Shown here: piece after piece, positions 60,479 through 64,000 of the stretch
How positions within the stretch are numbered: the first letter of the stretch is position 1
How the letters are laid out: every line of letters starts with the position of its first letter
DNA from: Sedimentisphaeraceae bacterium JB056
Lineage (GTDB): Bacteria > Planctomycetota > Phycisphaerae > Sedimentisphaerales > Sedimentisphaeraceae
Length of the DNA stretch: 64,000 nt
Direction of reading: 5' to 3'
Assembly (NCBI GenBank): GCA_044440125.1
Contig: JBITAJ010000031.1
Span: forward strand, 1-64,000
Notes under the pieces: model-generated
Told to the model about the DNA's origin: nothing
The model's database searches: none
Seen by the model: only the letters and a program-made list of their open reading frames with translations
Made by a program: the position numbers and the translations under genes

Positions 60479-60991
60479 ATGATTGAAAACAAAAACATTG
60501 TCCTGATAGGCATGCCGGCAAGCGGCAAGAGTACTATAGGCGTCTTACTGGCTAAAGAGCTTTCCAGGTGGTTTATTGATACTGACGTTTGCATCCAATA
60601 TATGGAAGGCAAACCGCTTCAGGAAATAATCGATACCGATGGACTCGAGTATTTCCGCAAAGTTGAGCAGGAGCATATCCTCAAAATTGATGCATCAAAC
60701 GCGGTAATAGCTACCGGTGGAAGCGTTGTTTACAGTGATGCGGCAATGAAAAAGCTTGCATCTGACTCGGTAATCGTGCATTTAGATCTCCCGCTTGAGC
60801 AGGTAAGAGAGCGACTGACAAATCTCAGCAGCCGCGGCGTGGTTATGGGAAAGCACCAGACACTTGAAAACCTTTATGCCCAACGACAACCTCTCTACGA
60901 GCAATATGCTCAGGTTACAATCAATTGCTCCTGGCAAAACCACCAGCAGACACTTGCTGCAATTATCAACAAATTAAAAACCTATACATAA
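60479..60991 (+). CDS. aroK: Shikimate kinase
   Basis: NIVLIGMPASGKSTIG, FIDTD, FRKVE, VIATGGS, QRQPLYE. Confidence 0.92.
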   Translation: MIENKNIVLIGMPASGKSTIGVLLAKELSRWFIDTDVCIQYMEGKPLQEIIDTDGLEYFRKVEQEHILKIDASNAVIATGGSVVYSDAAMKKLASDSVIVHLDLPLEQVRERLTNLSSRGVVMGKHQTLENLYAQRQPLYEQYAQVTINCSWQNHQQTLAAIINKLKTYT

Positions 60992-61050
60992 ATATAACTA
61001 CTATAAAACGGTGACAAGTTAGTGCTCAGAATCAGTTAAGTGCATTTTTC

Positions 61051-61079
61051 TTGACTTTTTTGACTTTTTTTGTGATAAT
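61051..61079 (+). promoter_or_regulatory. sigma70-type promoter
   Basis: TTGACT-17-GATAAT with a TG extension. Confidence 0.5.
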
Positions 61080-61130
61080 TCAATTGAATACTTTTTAAAG
61101 TTGTTTTGATTTTCTCAAGGGGCACATACT

Positions 61131-61994
61131 ATGCATATCGTTATAGAAAAGAACGGTCAGCGACAAGAGGAATTTACCTTTGACAACGGCCCTGTATATA
61201 TAGGCAGGCAGATAGGATCTAAAATTTTCCTTCCCGATCTTGGAATATCACGCCAACACGCAGTTTTATACAATGCCGGCCAGGATGAGTGGTTTGTTGA
61301 GGATCTCGATTCGGCCAACAAAACCTTCGTCAATGATGATGAAATAACCAAATGCCGCCTTGTAAGTGGCGATGTAATAAAGATATGCGATTTTACACTT
61401 ACCGTTGAGATAGAAAAAGACAAAAAACGCGAGCCGTCTATACATCTTGATGATACTATAGCACATGCTCATTATGAACTTAAAACAATAACCAGAAGAC
61501 TATCGAATGACGACTCTCCTCTGGTACGAATATCACATCAGAGAGTAGAGCAGCTTCGAAAAAATCTTAGTGAGATAATATCATTTAGCGATCTCGATAA
61601 ACTCCTTGAATACGGTGCCAAACAACTGCTTCGTCAGATGCATGCCGCCCACTGTTGGATCGGTATTTTTGACGAAAACATGCTTGTAACCAAAAGCTAC
61701 GGCAGAAATCTGGACACAACAAGGCTGGAATTCGAGAATATAAGCCTCAAAGGTCAGATAAGCACCGCCGTCACTGAAGAAGAGCACATATTAGTGCCAA
61801 GAATACTTCAGCCGGTAGGTCAGAACAAGAATCTCAGGTCAGCTATCATAACCTCTTTCAAGCTAAAGAACGGGTTAAAGGGTGCTGCTTATATAGATAA
61901 CACAAGAGAACATGAACACTATACAATAGTTGACCTTGACTATCTCATGCTTATCAACACCATGTTGGCGGCCAAAATAGATTCGTTGATATGA
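61131..61994 (+). CDS. FHA-domain + GAF-like protein, no output domain
   Basis: IGR, ISRQHA, EDLDSANKTFVN (FHA); C-terminal LRSAI…GAAYIDN…YTIVDLDYL (GAF-like). Confidence 0.8.
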   Translation: MHIVIEKNGQRQEEFTFDNGPVYIGRQIGSKIFLPDLGISRQHAVLYNAGQDEWFVEDLDSANKTFVNDDEITKCRLVSGDVIKICDFTLTVEIEKDKKREPSIHLDDTIAHAHYELKTITRRLSNDDSPLVRISHQRVEQLRKNLSEIISFSDLDKLLEYGAKQLLRQMHAAHCWIGIFDENMLVTKSYGRNLDTTRLEFENISLKGQISTAVTEEEHILVPRILQPVGQNKNLRSAIITSFKLKNGLKGAAYIDNTREHEHYTIVDLDYLMLINTMLAAKIDSLI

Positions 61995-62080
61995 ATCAAA
62001 AGGTAAGAACCGCCACCAAGAGGCAATATTAAGTTAAAAGTATATTAAAAATAAGGTTTGGACTTGTTTTGAACCGTGCT

Positions 62081-62107
62081 CTCACTATAATCTTTCATTA
62101 TAGTGAG
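62081..62107. promoter_or_regulatory. Perfect 11-bp inverted repeat overlapping a TATAAT box (candidate operator)
   Basis: CTCACTATAAT-CTTTC-ATTATAGTGAG. Confidence 0.45.
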
Positions 62108-62152
62108 TACTGTATAATAGAGAAATATTTGCTTTCTTAGAGTGGTAATTGA

Positions 62153-63694
62153 ATGACATCTTCATTTGTCTGTCAGAAAGATTTTATAGATTTAATATCG
62201 ACCAGAACAAGGATATTGTATAATTATTGTCGTTATCTGGTAGAGCATGAGAACCCTGATAAGATAATGAACAGGCCCTTCTTTGGAATCACCCTTTCCC
62301 AATCTGTGCAGCTCGAAGAATTACTTGATGCTTATGGAGCGTCCAATAACCAGCAATGGTCCAAATTCCGTTCACTGGTTGCAACAATAAAGCGTTTCAG
62401 CGACATAAGCTACGAACTGCTGCATATAGGTTACGGCATACCGGGTTATCGATTGCTTGATGTAGGACAAGACTTCAACTCTTCCACCCAAACGATTCTT
62501 GAGTTCACACGCCGTACTGTTCACAGAGCCGCCGCTAATTTTGTAAGCCACTGCTCATTGCTTGGAATTAAATGCCAGTATACAGAATTAAGCGACAGAA
62601 ATCTTATCGAAGATCTTCCTATTGGAAGGCTTCCTACCGATCAGGCTACAAGACACGTAACCGATGTGGGTAAGATCGTAACAACTCTTTCCACCTCGTT
62701 TCTTAATATCACAGCTGACACAACACTTAAAAACATAATCAAGGCAGAAAAGCCCTTCGACTATGCCTCTTATATGATGTCAGCTATAAGCGAAGAAAAT
62801 CTTCGTACCCTTGAACTCAAATTCCATAACCTGCAATCTCTATACGACACCTATGTATCCAAAACAGATACAGAGATACTCGACAAAGATCTTTCTATCT
62901 TGCGAGGCCATATAAGTGCCGTATTCCACATTCTGACCGTTGCAACATCCTTGAGCCACTATTACGAGAGGCATTTGGGCGCTGTAACCGAGGAAGATGA
63001 AAGATTCAAACAGCAGATGGTTCATCCGGTCACTCTTCTTGCATTCATCATCGATTACTGCATCGAATATATGAAGCTTTATATCGAAAGTGCCAAGAAG
63101 CTCTGCCACGACATGCTTAAGCGTTATTCTGAAATGAGCGAGATAACTGTTCCCGTGCCAAGATACAGAGGCTTCCATGTAAGGCCTTCAACTCTTATTG
63201 CTCTTATCGCGAATCACTACGGCAGCGAGCTGGTAATGTACCTTAAGGATCAGAAATACAACGCGGCTATACCTCTCGATCTTTTCCGCGCTAATGAGCT
63301 GATAAACGCCGAGAAGCGAAAAGGACTGTCACAGGAAATCCTGAAAATAGACGCTATAAAAAATTACAGCGGTAATGAAGACATAAGACGAGTTGTCCAT
63401 AATGTCCTCCTGAAACTTGCCGATAAAGGCAAATTGATGATATATGAACAGCCGCTTGAGATATCTGACTGTGAGACGAAAAGCGACCTTACAGTCGTTG
63501 AACAAGTACGCTCTGAGGTTGCAAGATTGCTCGCAATAGGCAAGATAGACATTGTCACCGACCTGAAGATTAAATTTCACGGCGACAAACGCGTACTTGA
63601 AGACATTAAATTACTTGCTCATTTCGGCTATGGTGAAGATAATTTCGGAAACAACATCCCATTACCGCCACGCCTTGCATATCTGAGAAAATAG
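62153..63694 (+). CDS. Large protein containing an HPr (PTS phosphocarrier)-like domain
   Basis: GFHVRPSTLIALIANHYGS matches the HPr His15 signature GLHARP; long helical N-terminus of unknown type. Confidence 0.75.
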   Translation: MTSSFVCQKDFIDLISTRTRILYNYCRYLVEHENPDKIMNRPFFGITLSQSVQLEELLDAYGASNNQQWSKFRSLVATIKRFSDISYELLHIGYGIPGYRLLDVGQDFNSSTQTILEFTRRTVHRAAANFVSHCSLLGIKCQYTELSDRNLIEDLPIGRLPTDQATRHVTDVGKIVTTLSTSFLNITADTTLKNIIKAEKPFDYASYMMSAISEENLRTLELKFHNLQSLYDTYVSKTDTEILDKDLSILRGHISAVFHILTVATSLSHYYERHLGAVTEEDERFKQQMVHPVTLLAFIIDYCIEYMKLYIESAKKLCHDMLKRYSEMSEITVPVPRYRGFHVRPSTLIALIANHYGSELVMYLKDQKYNAAIPLDLFRANELINAEKRKGLSQEILKIDAIKNYSGNEDIRRVVHNVLLKLADKGKLMIYEQPLEISDCETKSDLTVVEQVRSEVARLLAIGKIDIVTDLKIKFHGDKRVLEDIKLLAHFGYGEDNFGNNIPLPPRLAYLRK

Positions 63695-63723
63695 ATGGTT
63701 TATACAAAAATAAAGGATTATTT

Positions 63724-64000
63724 ATGAAGGTGAATCTTTCACGCCCCGACATCACCGAACTTGAAGTCAATGCTGTTGTCGAGGTACTGAGAAGCAATCA
63801 ACTGTCACTTGGACCAAAGCTTACTGAGTTTGAAGAAGCAATGGCACGTTATTCCGGTTGTAAACACGGTATTGCCGTAAACAGCGGAACAAGCGGCTTG
63901 TTTCTCTGTATGGAGTCGCTTGGCATAGGACCCGGCGACGAAGTCATAACAACACCGTTTACATTTATAGCTACGGTAAACTCCATACTTCAAGTTGGCG
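63724..64000 (+). CDS. DegT/DnrJ/EryC1/StrS-family aminotransferase (5' part; runs off the window)
   Basis: Own translation, not in the ORF track: MKVNLSRPDI…LSLGPK…FEE…AVNSGTSGL…GIGPGDEVITTPFTFIATVNSI. Confidence 0.9.
   Translation, partial: MKVNLSRPDITELEVNAVVEVLRSNQLSLGPKLTEFEEAMARYSGCKHGIAVNSGTSGLFLCMESLGIGPGDEVITTPFTFIATVNSILQVG

Noticed and set aside
61019..61045. CIRCE-like TTAGTGCTC-N9-TAAGTGCAT
   Set aside because: Too many mismatches to TTAGCACTC-N9-GAGTGCTAA, not an inverted repeat, and not before a chaperone gene.
559..63993. Numerous short antisense or overlapping ORFs in the track (e.g. 7402-8004, 12130-12666, 46790-47362, 56396-56923, 63805-63993)
   Set aside because: They are shadows of well-supported genes and have no family motifs.
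1..64000. CRISPR array, IS/transposase, integrase or prophage genes
   Set aside because: No regularly spaced repeats and no ORF with such motifs seen.

Overview
A 64 kb chromosomal segment, mostly core and accessory genes. It probably comes from an anaerobic planctomycete (Phycisphaerae/Sedimentisphaerales-like); this is an inference from the kdsB-pyrG linkage, GLUG/dockerin-like secreted proteins, secreted HEAT-repeat protein and FHA signalling. About 45 CDSs are supported: kdsB, pyrG, dnaK, djlA, hisS, pdxB, coaB, nadD, aroK, a flavodiiron protein, three sensor kinases, CAZymes (GH106-like, GH5-like, heparinase II/III-like, beta-helix) and a truncated DegT-family gene at the right edge. There is one tRNA-Leu(CAG). 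I saw no IS, integrase, prophage or CRISPR array. The most notable items are: (1) a secreted protein carrying a dead and a live caspase/metacaspase (C14) domain in tandem plus a GLUG-dockerin cassette, in a run of secreted enzymes; (2) a MASE3/PAS kinase and NarL-type regulator pair whose apparent binding box sits at identical spacing in front of a ferredoxin and of an unannotated structured non-coding transcript; (3) a CYTH-lipid kinase fusion coupled to a HAD phosphatase and an AsmA-like protein; (4) rod-shaped 6S-like RNA candidates, ~183 nt before kdsB and ~160 nt before a kinase; (5) a sigma54 promoter with candidate enhancer repeats at dnaK; (6) a 513-aa protein with an interrupted HPr domain next to an output-less FHA-GAF protein; (7) a PyrG whose glutaminase triad Glu is replaced by Cys. 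All calls were made by eye from motifs; no database searches or folding programs were run.
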